Origin: Lingula anatina
Lineage: Eukaryota > Animalia > Brachiopoda
Direction: 5' to 3'
DNA length: 64,000 nucleotides
Assembly (NCBI GenBank): GCA_051362555.1
Contig: CM120641.1
Location: forward strand, 39,128,401-39,192,400
Positions 25,566 through 38,100 of the stretch are shown here, one piece after another. The notes under the pieces are model-generated. The model saw nothing but the letters and a program-made list of their open reading frames with translations, was not told the origin of the DNA and did not search any database. Every line of letters starts with the position of its first letter. The stretch's first letter is position 1. The position numbers and the translations under genes are program-made.

Positions 25566-27504
25566 GGTTTAAAACAGATAATAGGCTTTTTGAAGCAACC
25601 TCACTTTTAAGCCAATTGATATATAAGGTTTTATTCCCTTATTTATCCGCTTAGATAATGTATAAATTACATTTTCATGTTATGAGATAGGCCTATTTAG
25701 CTGTCGCACAAAATGGACTTTGGTTTATTCGATCCTTTAGGCCTACTTGTTTCTGAGGAATGGGATGTTTTTAAATTTTGACCCATAAAACACATTTGTG
25801 AGGCTAAAAACCGTCATGTTAAAGTTGACTCCTCTTAATTTTTTTTCAGTAATCTTAAGTGAGAAAGCAAATATTAATAAAAAAATGGGTTTTAGGCCTA
25901 CTGGTGAGCAAAAGTGATAGGGATTTTTCTCTGTATGGGTTTGGAACAGTCAGCCAAACTCTCTGTCAGATTTATATAAAAGCAGCAATGAAACAATAAT
26001 TATATTTTATGCGTAAATTGTTTGGCATGTGTCTGAAGGTAGCAAATAAAACGGTGTCTTTGATGAGTGACAGTTTCACATCCTGCTCACATCTTCATAA
26101 CTTTTTACCAAGCAAATCCAGGCTTTTAGTTTTCAAGGGCAGTTGACAATTTTTATGTAGGCCTATGTTTCATCCTTCAGCCGTGCCCCTTTAATACAAA
26201 TTCTTAAACCTTTATTATTCATACAACTTTTACAGTATTTTAAATCAACGTCGCTTTTATAGAATGATTTATTCCCGATATTGTATATTCTGTATATTTA
26301 TTGGCTAAATAAACCTTCATCTTATCTTTTGTGAAAAACGACTAAGTATGCGAAATTATGTCGGCATACTATAACACTGTTTGATTTGAAGAGCTAGCAA
26401 GAAACCGATTTTTCTACCAGCGCTTAGTAAAGGCAAAGGTTTAGTTTTATAGCCTGATTTCCCGAGATGAACTGACTTTTCAGTTATAGAAGTACACGTG
26501 AACCTAATGGATCTGTTCACTCCTGAAAAAACCTCACCTCCCTGGGGAACATACAACCTATGCAACGGCATTTGTGGCGATTACAGCTATTATCCACAAT
26601 TGCGAGCACTGTCGTGATCAGTAATAAGAACTGAATGCTCCCTCCCTCTCTCTCTCTCTCTCTCTTTCTCTCTTTAATTTTCTTCCCTTTTCTTCTAGAT
26701 ATGTGGACACTTTGCACAGTTTTGTTAAATTGACTGTTTTAAAGAGACAGTCTGTCCGCTTCTTTAAAATTTTTGACAACGACTAATATGACACGTCTTT
26801 TCTTTTTATCTATTTACTAGTTTGTCAATACATCAAATGTAGCATGGTTTAATTTCCATTTACGTCACAACAAACAATTACCGTTCTCACAACACCCAGG
26901 ATTATCTGTTCACCTGTATATTAGAGGCTGGGTTAAGACAGCACTAGTCGGTTATAAGTCAATGGAAAATAGAAGCGAGTCAATTTATTGTGAAGCCACA
27001 TAAAAACAACATGCTAAAAAGGCTTGTATCTTTTCTAAAACGGGTAAATGGTGCGAACAGAATACTCCGATGAAAAGTCAAGCTCTACTGAGCAACCCGT
27101 TGTCCTCAGCTTGATGAATATCGATTTTTTGTTCAAAAGTAATGATTCCGTTGTTGGAGATACGAGAGTTGATAAATGCATACTAATTCAAGCACCCGGT
27201 TTGCAATTCGTTTTTCAGACAATGTTTACTCTATTTCTTCACAGCCAGTTTAATCCATAGAAGAATACAGACGTTTGCATTGACAGTAACAGATTGCAGT
27301 TGCGCAGGAACAGGTGCTTAGAAACCTATTGTGAAAATTGCCTGAAATCAGCTATTTCTGTGGTTACGCAACCTTATTGAATCACTTACTCTTGCATCTA
27401 GTTGGGATATTTCAAACGGAGATTGCCATGTGATTTTGTCCGTTTGGCCACATTGGTGATTTCCCGAGTATTGGCTTGGAGCAGTGACGAACAGGATCCG
27501 AAAC

Positions 27505-30500
27505 ATGCAACGCTCTCCGGAACCCATGGTATGTCAACAAGAAGCAGCACTCTGCTCCAAAATCATTTCTCCGTCATCAAATACCTTGTGAAAAAGATGT
27601 ATTTGCAAACCTCGTGTGTTGAATAACGACCTGTTTGCATCCTATAAATAACCATCGTTGGTACATCGCTTTTATATACATATACATGTGTTATTATTTC
27701 TATTAACACAATCTTCTTCAGTCGTTGGAGGCGTTTGATTCCATCAGTGACATAATGAACGATCCACAAATGAAAAAGAAAATATCTGCTCTACCAGCTA
27801 AATTACAGGTAAGACGCTGTAAAGAACATGTGCTTATCATATATTTGCTTTTGAAGTGGCGAAGACTTGTCAATGTATGTCATCATTAAAGGTGGGAAGT
27901 CGAGAATACCATAAAAATGTATTCGATTGTAGTAGAAACGTCCAGAAAACTCATCTTCACTTTATACTAATTACGCCTTAGAATTATCGTTTTGGATGGT
28001 TAATATATTCACTATATTCACTATATTCCTTTTTATTCATCGACCATGAATGTAAGAAACCTGAAACACTGTTATGTTCTGAATGCTGAGTGATTGCTGG
28101 ACAAACATTAAAAAACATAAGGACCAAATTATACTTCATGGGGTGTTGAATAACTGACAAGTAACCACCGACAGATGATTGCAACAAGCTCCACATTTTT
28201 TTTTTTTTTGCAACAATTTCAACAAAATGATCAAAAAAGCATTTACCATCAGGTTTCCTTGCGTTAACGTCTTCGTCCAGTAAATGCTTTCGTTGTTTGT
28301 TGATGACGAATCGTTTTGGGAAACTTTTATAAATGTAAATGGCTGCCACTCGCAAATTTCAGTTTTATGGTATGTTCCCTAATTTCCCGAAATGCGTATA
28401 TTACATGTAAGATTACCTTTAATAGATGTGCAAGCAACGTAAAATACTTTGATAAAGTAAATAATTCCGGTAGAATATATATACATCCATAAAAATAATT
28501 TGCTCATAGAGAGACCCTGTTATCATCATCTTTTTTTTTTTTTTTTTTTTTGGCAAATTAGGTCAAACCATTCTTGAATTTGGCATCATTTATGAACGCT
28601 ATGAAAAGTTAAAACGTTTATGAACAGGACGTTTAGGAAATCATAATCCATTCATTTGGTATCAAGCATCTACATACATACATGCATTTTAATCCACTGG
28701 GACATATTTTAGGTAAGTTGCGGTGCTTTTGAAAGAGGAAAGATATTCGAGCCAGATGTTGCAATTCACGTGGGGCGATGGCTCGGTGTAGCACCAAAAT
28801 CTTCCGTGTTAATAGAACACATTAAATCCGCCCATTTATGTATATATATCGATAGTTTTAGAGAACTAATGAATATTGTTAACCACTTTTAAAATCGAAG
28901 TTCTTAGCAACACTGATGTTAGCTTTCCCCTTCACTAAGCTTATTAAAGGATGTAAGTGTTGCGTTAAGTGCGCTATTTACATTGCGGAGGGTATCATCC
29001 AGCAACTAGAGGGTTCTCAGAGGTGCAGGCACAGGCAGAGCTATCAAGATGTAGGCCTACTATCAAGTTTGTTTTTATTTGAACGTCGTCTTAGTTACAG
29101 AGATATTGTGTGATCAACAAAAGTGATAAGTTAAAAATACTGCACAAATACCTTTCTCTTAGATTTGTATTAGACGAGAGCATAATATCTGAGAACTTAT
29201 TCACAAATGAAACCCGTGTTTTTTAACAAGCAGTGTGTAGGTCTACTGAAAACAGTCAACATGTTTTGACTGTATTTCATCGTTCTCTCTCTCTCTCTCT
29301 CTTGTGAAAGGTAACAGACCCAGTACCATTAACATAATCAATGCTCTTGAAATTATATGAAACTTTTGGTCTACTTGATATGAGCAAACCATCCATTTAC
29401 ATTCCACTTATATACAGGGGATCAATAGAGCACGATAAAAAGAGCATGTTGCCTATAATTGACGCTTTTATTTTCTTTCATTGGTTTTTAGGTACAGTTC
29501 TTGGCATCAGTCAGCAAGGCGTTTGCCAAGGACAGTAATCTCACCGTTAAAGCTATAAATTCAACACGGAATCTGTTGGCCAATAAGGAGTCTTCGATGG
29601 ACAAAAGGAAACTTAATAAAACAAAAGGAAATCCTTGGCCTGGAAACCCCATACCTAATCCGGTGCAATATGATGATTCGGACACTGATTCCGATTCCGA
29701 TTCTGATTCCGACAAAAACAATTATTATGTCAAAAAACCTCTCTCAAGAGTTAAAGACTTTCCCAAAAAACCTGCAATCCACAGTTTAGCCACAGAAAAT
29801 GAGGGTTCCGACACTGATACTGATTCGGACTCCGATTCTGCCTCATCAGTTGATTCACGGAAATGTATCAAGGTTAATGCATCAGAAACTAGCGATAGTG
29901 AGAGCGAATCACACGTTAATGACCAGCAGGTAGAGGAAACGGAAAATGACGCGCCCGAACAGGACATGAAGGTCACAGTGGGAACGGAGGGTTGCATTAA
30001 GGATGTCTCAGGGAGTTCGACTCAAGAAGAAGATGAAATTGAAAAAGCAAATAAGGACGGAACGGACGGCGATGGTGGCAGTGAAGCTGACCCTGGAGGG
30101 GAGAACACAGAAAATGAACCTGCCAACGACGAAGAAAAAAAGACAGGTACTCCAGTGCGTGCAAGCAGGAGATCTATGAAGTTTTCAAAAATAAGGTCAA
30201 AATCTGCGCCAAACAAAATGCCAAATACTAGTAATACAAGAGACAAAAACGGCTCACGACCATTTGGTAATTTTCTCCGACCGAAAACTGTCGCGCCACT
30301 GCCAGTGTGCAAGAAGCGGTCACGTGAAAGGGATCCTTTCTTCGATTTCCGCGTCACTACTGCCATGACGACCCACGAGTTGGGACTCTCAAGACTGGAG
30401 AGGATCGACAACCTTCCAACACCTCTTACTTTACCCAAGACATTATCTGCGCCCCATTCCCCACTGAGGTCCAGCGCGAGCTCCTCGTCCGACCATAAGA

Positions 30501-30724
30501 CAAATGTTGAAAGGGTAAAATCGGTTCAAAATGAAGCATATTTATTGAGACAATGCCAGAAAAAATTGACAGCATTTCCAAGTATTCGAGCAGCTCATTC
30601 TTACACGGTTATCAAAACTGTACGAGAACAGGAGCAGAGCAAACCTTTCGATCATAGTGACAAACATAAATATCCGCAACCTCGTCAGATCCGGTATAAG
30701 TCTGTAAAACCAACATCAAGTTAA
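27505..30724 (+). CDS. Uncharacterised protein A, 3 coding exons, ~447 aa; N-terminal helical domain, Asp/Ser/Glu-rich disordered middle, basic C-terminus
   Basis: Exons 27505-27528 (MQRSPEPM|gtatgt), 27722-27808 (SLEAFDSISDIMNDPQMKKKISALPAKLQ|gtaaga), 29492-30724 (ttttag|VQFLASVSK...); all phase 0. Long open last exon; similarity to neighbouring gene B supports coding status. First exon tentative. Confidence 0.78.
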
Positions 30725-33700
30725 TCCCAAGAAAACAGTGCATATCGACGAACCTCTCAGTCCTAGCAGTTTTCTTTGGGTCTACAGAATCCATAAAAAA
30801 AATGTCTCAAAACGAAGTCTTAAAGACAAAGGAAAACCTGACTGTAATTGCACTGCAACGGGAAAAAGAAACTACCAGATATTCACTTATTTTTGGCAAG
30901 ATTGTATTATTATTTTTTTTTTGAGAGATCACTATCATATCCGCACAGTCTTTTTACTTTCAACTGTTTACGTCATCAACTAGATATTTATATCAAGATT
31001 ATAATATATATCAGGTGATGAATAAAATAAGATCATTGTTGAATATATGGAAACTGAAACGATTGTATTTGACATTTAGAATGAGAAGTTATAGTGAATA
31101 CCGTTTGTCTAGTCATTTAGATGAAACGACTCAGTTATCAATCTGTGTTCAATTAATGACAAAGCTTTTTGAATAATTTGAGTCTCGTTATTGACTGTGA
31201 TAAAGGTGACTGAGTACGCAATTGCTAATAACAATTAGAATGTAGGCCTACCCTTGCACGTGCGTCTTATGCATACAAAATTGAAGTGGCTGCAAGTCCC
31301 TGTACTTTGTATTTTTCAGTGTCATGAAGACCTGCAATAAAGTATTTAGATATGATTTCTGTTTCTTATTTTATATTTTATTTTATTATTATTTATTTAT
31401 TTATTTTTGTAGCTGCCTTGTTTTTATCTCAACATGAAAATGGGTCCAATATCACTGCTCTTTTTATTTTGATGCAAGAGAGCGAACGCAATCGAGTGAA
31501 AGAGATAGAATGACTCTAACGCCTATTGTGAGAGCGAATGAAAATTTAACCATCTTATTGATCCCATCTCATTCTCTTCGAGACGTGTGCTGTTAGAATC
31601 ACAACTAACACATCGGCCCCCGCCCATTGCATTACTTACAAAGATGGACAACAAATGCAATTACAATGGTTGTTTGGCCACAACTGTAATTAAAAAAAGC
31701 ACAAATAAAATGTATGTGCTCATTTTTACTGAATTTGTCATTTTACACAAGTTAAGATCAATTCTATGTCATTAAGGGGAAATTCAAACAGTCGAAGCCC
31801 CAGTACATTGTTTATTATATTATTGAAAAGCATCAGTAAACCTAGGGTGGGTTTAATAGCGATGGCACGAACGATTGTCAGAAGAAATGCATTTGGCATG
31901 ATGCGTTATAGTTTTTGTTATAATTATTAAGGATACCATTTTAGCTCTTAACATTTACATTGATCTGTTTTCAGCATTTATTTAGTAAGGGAATTCGACA
32001 GTTATCTTCGAAAGAGCACAAAAAAATTCGAGCCTTAATTGCAGGTATTTATTGATCTCTCACAGCGATATCAGAACATAATTATGGTAATGAAAAAGGT
32101 CAGATTCCATTGGATGGATTATATTCATCGGTACATGAAGTGGGTTATGATTGATATTGTTGTTGTTGTTGTTGTTTTTAATTTCGGTAAATGACCAACA
32201 TATGCAGATAGGAAACAGATATTGATCTGTCATTGTATTGAGTAAAAATGCTTTAGGATATTCTTGGGATTGAATATTATTCAACTTGAAAAAGTATGGC
32301 GAGTTTTCTTTCACTGTGTTTAGATACATTGATTTTGGAAAAACGTGTGGGGGAATAATAGCAAACTCGTTGCTCTTTGACTGGACATACACAATTTTTA
32401 TCTAGATAATCTGATGTGAAAAACATTAAGCACATTTATCTAATTTTATCCATTATTAACCGCCGATTCAGCTGCACCTATAACTTGTTGACGCGTGTCA
32501 CGCCTTTTTAAATAATGATGGAATCAATAGTCGCCACACAAACGTTTCTCGTTCTCATATGTCCGGATCAATGTCTCTAATGGGAGTTCATATTGTACAA
32601 ACTTGTAGCAGAAATATTAGTTGTATTTGACTGCAGGCGATACATTTCACCCATGATGGGATATTTATCCTTGTCTACTGACACACCATCGATAGAAATG
32701 TTTACCAAATAGTCCTCCTCTCACTGGTTTTAAGAAAAATATTTCATTGTGTCTGGACACGATGGTGTAAAATCAATTAATTTGACAACCAGCAAGTAGA
32801 GCTTATCATGCGATCAACAGTTATTTTAAAGGCATACGATCAGTGTTTGTCCTTTATATATCAAAAAATAAATCTTCTTATAACATTTCCTTTTATCACC
32901 AAAGTTTACCATACATCCGAAACAGTTCACGGAATTACGATCCATAAGCCCATTGTCAAGTTCTGTTTTTTTCAGATAAAATGAAATAAGATTAATATTT
33001 ATTTTGCCTATAAATGTATAAAATTTAAAGAAGAATAAATTTTCCTATTAAAGCGTTTATAATCACTGAGTTAAGATAGAAACGGGCAATTCCACTCATG
33101 ACAGTGAAAAATATAAATTTAAATTTAATAATCATCATATTTTGTAGTGGAGGTAAGCATCTTTGACTTGAGGTGTTCAAGTTATCTAATACAGATATAC
33201 CGCGCTAGCCACAGCTGCAGGAGCCCTGTTCTTAGCCTGTTGACAGACTGGAGGATTATGATAACAATCTGAAGCCATTTTACCTTCGGATATTGTTGAT
33301 ACCTGTCACTTCGATATTTAAGCTAGCTTTATGGATAGTGGATGTTACACCCTCTATCTAAATGGTATCTATCTTATTATACAATATTACGAAAAACTCT
33401 GCTAATTCATACAATGTGACCCCTAAAACAGCACTTAGAAAACTTTGCAGCACAAGTAGTTATGGGCTTCCACGCCTGAAGATGATGAGAGAAATATGCA
33501 GTGAATAATTGCACTGAATATGCAGATACTAAATATTGCCCGTTTCTTCATTCCACCAAATACATTTACACAGAAAAATCATAAAATATTAAACGCGTGT
33601 TGATTTATCTGCGTATGTTGAAATGCCATTGTCTTACAAATGTAACTCATTGTTTTTAAATAGAGACAATGAATAGTTCCAGTTTGGACAAGAGCCGTGC

Positions 33701-35168
33701 AATTTATAGAACTTTCGCTCTTTCGCTTTGTAATTTGTTTCAAGATTATAAGCACTGATAAATCAGTAGCAAATATACACCGAAGAGCGTTGTGCAACAA
33801 TAAAAACATATAAAGATTAATAATGGATACAACGCTTTAATTAGGGTATTAGTGCAAAGCACAGTATTTTGCATCATTTTGCTTCGGATTATTATATTGC
33901 CATCCAATATACGACTTCTATAATGTTAATGGTTGAACAAATCGTTGCCAGCGTAAACAAACGGAATGCTTACATCTATCATATGTGCAATCACTGCAAT
34001 AATGTAGGCCTCTAATAAAATGGAATGTTTCTAAATTCCCAATAAACACATTAGTCAAGTAAAACCATATGTCCATAGTTCCATGACTTGACCCCAATGA
34101 CAAACATTAAATTCATCAAGCCAATTGGATTACGCACACTGCTCCATGGGGCTCGATTGCCAAATGCTTTTAAAGATACAAATAATTCATATGATAGCGC
34201 AGCTCTAAGCAAACTGGCTCCACTTGTCGAATGTTTCGCTCAATACGTCTAATGAGCGCAAGGAAGCCATAAACTTTGAACATCCTTCACCTTTATTCAT
34301 TACATCTCTATCTGTATTCTCTTGCCTTCAAGATGTGCTTATGTAATTTATACCGGGAACAAATGTTGGTAAAGATCACAGTTTGTGATGGCAATAATTT
34401 CCGAACAATTAAAAGACATCGATCAAGGGCACTGGGTTGGATTATGAGGGTTCCGCATGAATAGACGTAAGATAGCGAGAAGAGAGAATTCAACTCCCTT
34501 AAAGAACAAAAAAGATTCTTCTGGAATTTTTAAAAGCATCATTATGTGTACAAAACTGTATATTGAACCATTCTTCAACAATAAGAATAGTTGTTTACAG
34601 ATATTTTTAATCAGGCAACGGCTATTAATGGGACACACCGCAGTATCGATTCTTTCCCTCGGAAAGGGTGAATTATTATCTCAGTGTCAATTTCTCCAGT
34701 GTAATGCTCAGGGCTGATGATAGTATCGAGCGTGGACAGGGTCTTATTGTCACTACAGACGAGGTGGCAACATGATCGCCAGTGTAACAAACAGACCCGT
34801 TTCCAACGCCTAGTATCAGGACACTTCAAGTGCAGTCTCGTGTCACTGGTCTCTTTATGAGGGAGTGCTTGGTGAACGTACAATGACTGTGCCTGAGAGA
34901 AAAGATTTCAACTTGAGTTAGAACAGACTTTGCAATTGATTTTTGTTTAAAAAAATATTCAAGGTAATGAAATATTCATGGACCTGTGAATGACACACTG
35001 ATTTTTGAAGAAGCGAGAACCACAATGGAATTCAATGCCTTAATGTACTGAGCAATGCGCAGCAAGGGTGTGTTTTACCGTACTGGAACAACACCGTATA
35101 CATTGTAACATATAAAACTCACAAGGGACGTCCTTGTCTTTGTATATAAAGAAATCCAGATATTCAAA

Positions 35169-38100
35169 ATGGCAGATATCTTTGAAGACGATTTCTTCAG
35201 TGAAAGAATACAGAACTTACCTCAACATTTGCAAGTAAGTAAATTATAATCAAATAGTTGATTTCTTATGTTTGGCACATAAAGAATTGACAGAAGTATA
35301 AATTAATCACTCTAGATAGAACATTTTTTAAGTCTTGAATAAAATATTTTAAATACCAATTTAGATGATTCGTGTATCTAAATGTATTTCAAAATGCATG
35401 AATATATAGAAATATAACATTTTGCAAATAATGCATGGTTATTTGAAATTTTCGAACATCAAATTTCAAACTGAAAGCAAAGAGCATATCTTAAGAAATA
35501 TTACAATAGAAGTAAAATATATGTTGCCAGAAAACACTATAATTTGTATTTATTTATTTTATTGATAAAATAATAACCAACCAACGTCTTACGACTACTT
35601 TTTTCTTGCAGGTTGCTTTCTATAAGGCTGCAAAAAAGCTGTACGACAAAAGCACAAATGATAACATTGAAAGCATTAAGGAAAGTCGCAAGGGAATGTT
35701 TGAAACAGCAGTTCAAATAATTGACGAGCAGGAAAGTTTGAAGGAAGAACTGGAAGATATGCGCGCTTCCAAGGCTGCCAAAAGATCTCGTTCCACATCC
35801 AACCGAGCTTCAACAAGTGCGCAGACACCGGTTGTCACGGAAAAGCAGGAATCGCAACCAGATAACAATACCAGCGAACCAGTAAATACAATTGAACCGA
35901 TCAAAGAAATTGAAGCAGTTGAAGAGGCGAAAGAGACATTGCCGTCTCCGAAACCGATCACGCCGGACGTTGTTGAAGAGGCTAAAGAGACATTGCCGTC
36001 TCCGAAACCCATCACGCCGGACAACGTTGAACAAACAGTTGAAGAGGAAAACACAGGCATGCCACCTGATTTCCCTCAACCTCTCGAAAAGTCAAAAAGT
36101 GTCGTAAGTTCGAGCCAACTTTCAATACACAGTCAGTCAGGTGGATATAAAACAATAAGGAAGAATATTGGAAGAAATAAAGTTGCAATTGTTGAATTTG
36201 AAGTAGAGGACTGGTCGCATGTTGAAACGAAGTTAGACACTTTGAATACACAATACAAGAAGAAAAAATCAACAAAGAAAATAAAGAGCTATCCCATACC
36301 AAAGTACAATGTTCCCAGTAAACTTGGTTTAAGTTTACTTCCAAAAGCGAAACCAAAAGTTGAAACCGCCCCTCAGGACACTCCATATTTACCCAAAATA
36401 AAGCAAAAGAAAAGGACTCGTGTCTCAAAAGACCAAACTACTACCACCACCACCACCAAACCATCTCGAAAAGAAAATAGGCAGAGTGATCCTGAACAGA
36501 GAGTTACTCCTGTACCTCCTCCACCCACTGACAAACATGCTGAAGCTAATACTAAAGTTACATCTCCAATACACCCTAATGCTTCAACCGAAGACACGCC
36601 AAGTTCTACAGGCTGTCAAGAAAATAGCGGCCCAGCAGACTTGTCTAATAACGTTGAGCAACAGGATACAGGGAGTCACGAAAACTATGTCGAAATGGGA
36701 GATGATGGTGAAGATATTAAAAAAAGTAAAAGGGAAGAGGCTGGTTTAACGAATGATGTTAATACGCCCATTACCATAGATCGTGACACAGCAACATTGG
36801 ATTCAAACATAGAAGAACCCAATGAAATAAGTTGCGAAGAAACCAGCTGCTCAGAGAGTAATAATCTGGATCGACAAGAAGATTCAGAAACTGCAGAAAA
36901 TTCTTCCGGGGTGAAATCCAAACAGAAAAAGTTTGTGTATGTTCACCCGGCTGACTTGAAAGAATCTGGAAACATTTTTGTCACCAATACGGAAGGCCAA
37001 CAGGAAAATGAAGAAAAAGAAGCCAGAACACAAATTGATGTGAACATTTCAGAGTCCCAGAAAGAGAACGCTATATTGTCGACACCGCCTCTAGCACATA
37101 AAGGTAACACGAGCAGCACGGAAAATCAGGAACCTGAGGAACAAACAGACGATAACACTGACACCATAAATATCGCTGAAAACTTGGATGAATCAAGCCC
37201 AGCTGTGGCAGGTGAAAATGGGGACATTAGTATAGAAAATGAAACAAATACCAGCCATAAACTGGACATAGAAAATGTTGAAAATGAAAACGTTATTGAA
37301 CATGTACCCCGTGTGTCTAGACAGACATCTTTTATTGTTGACAACAGCCAGAACCAAGACTGCGGTCGAACTTCCAGTAGGGCGAATAGTGAGTTGAGAA
37401 GCGGGAAAGTAAATGGTTACGATCTTCCACCCATTAATGCTCAAAACAATACTACAGACGATAAACACCGTATGGTGGAAAAGAAAAATTCTGTGAAGTT
37501 CCACAAGGAGAAAAAGATGGTAAGATTTCTTTGTGTAACGTGTTCAAGTAGGCTTGTAAATTAAAAAGCCAGTGTTATAATTACGTGCTTTGATACCCAA
37601 AGTGAAAGCCCTCATTGATTGTCAAGCAAACGATGCCCACGAGTTTTTAGATTTTTCATGACGGTATCTGTCTTCATGATCGATACTGATACACAAACAC
37701 GTCGTTCTGTTTTCACGTAAACATTCACTTCTCAACATGATAATGAAATATTGATGTGTTTGAATTGACAGAGATTCCCCTTTATTGCGTATTACATGTA
37801 TTTAAACCTGGAAACAAGGGTCAGGATTAAGAACTGATAACTGTATAGGCCTAATCCATGCCCTTTTCCACGTAGGCATTCTTCACCTGTAGTGAGTACA
37901 TACAGACAGATGGCGACCACTGTTGTGTTAGGTTTACAGCCACTATTTAAAGGCTATGTACAAAAGGATCTTTATGGCCGACAAATATAACTTTACTTTT
38001 CCCGTGAAAGAATATTTTGTTGACACAAGGACATGTTTACAAACCCGTTGTATGTGGGTAAAACAAACAGATACTAAATTATTTAAAAAGTAGTTCACAT

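Noticed and set aside
28705-28718. TTTTAG|GTAAGT possible recursive splice site
   Set aside because: The intron is only ~1.7 kb and the pyrimidine tract is weak; no support without reads.
28772-28800. tRNA A-box-like GGGCGATGGCTCGGTGTAG
   Set aside because: No B-box or cloverleaf follows.
29660-29850. Asp-Ser repeats suggesting a biomineralisation matrix protein
   Set aside because: The predicted N-terminus has no signal peptide and the C-terminus is basic; more likely an intracellular disordered linker.
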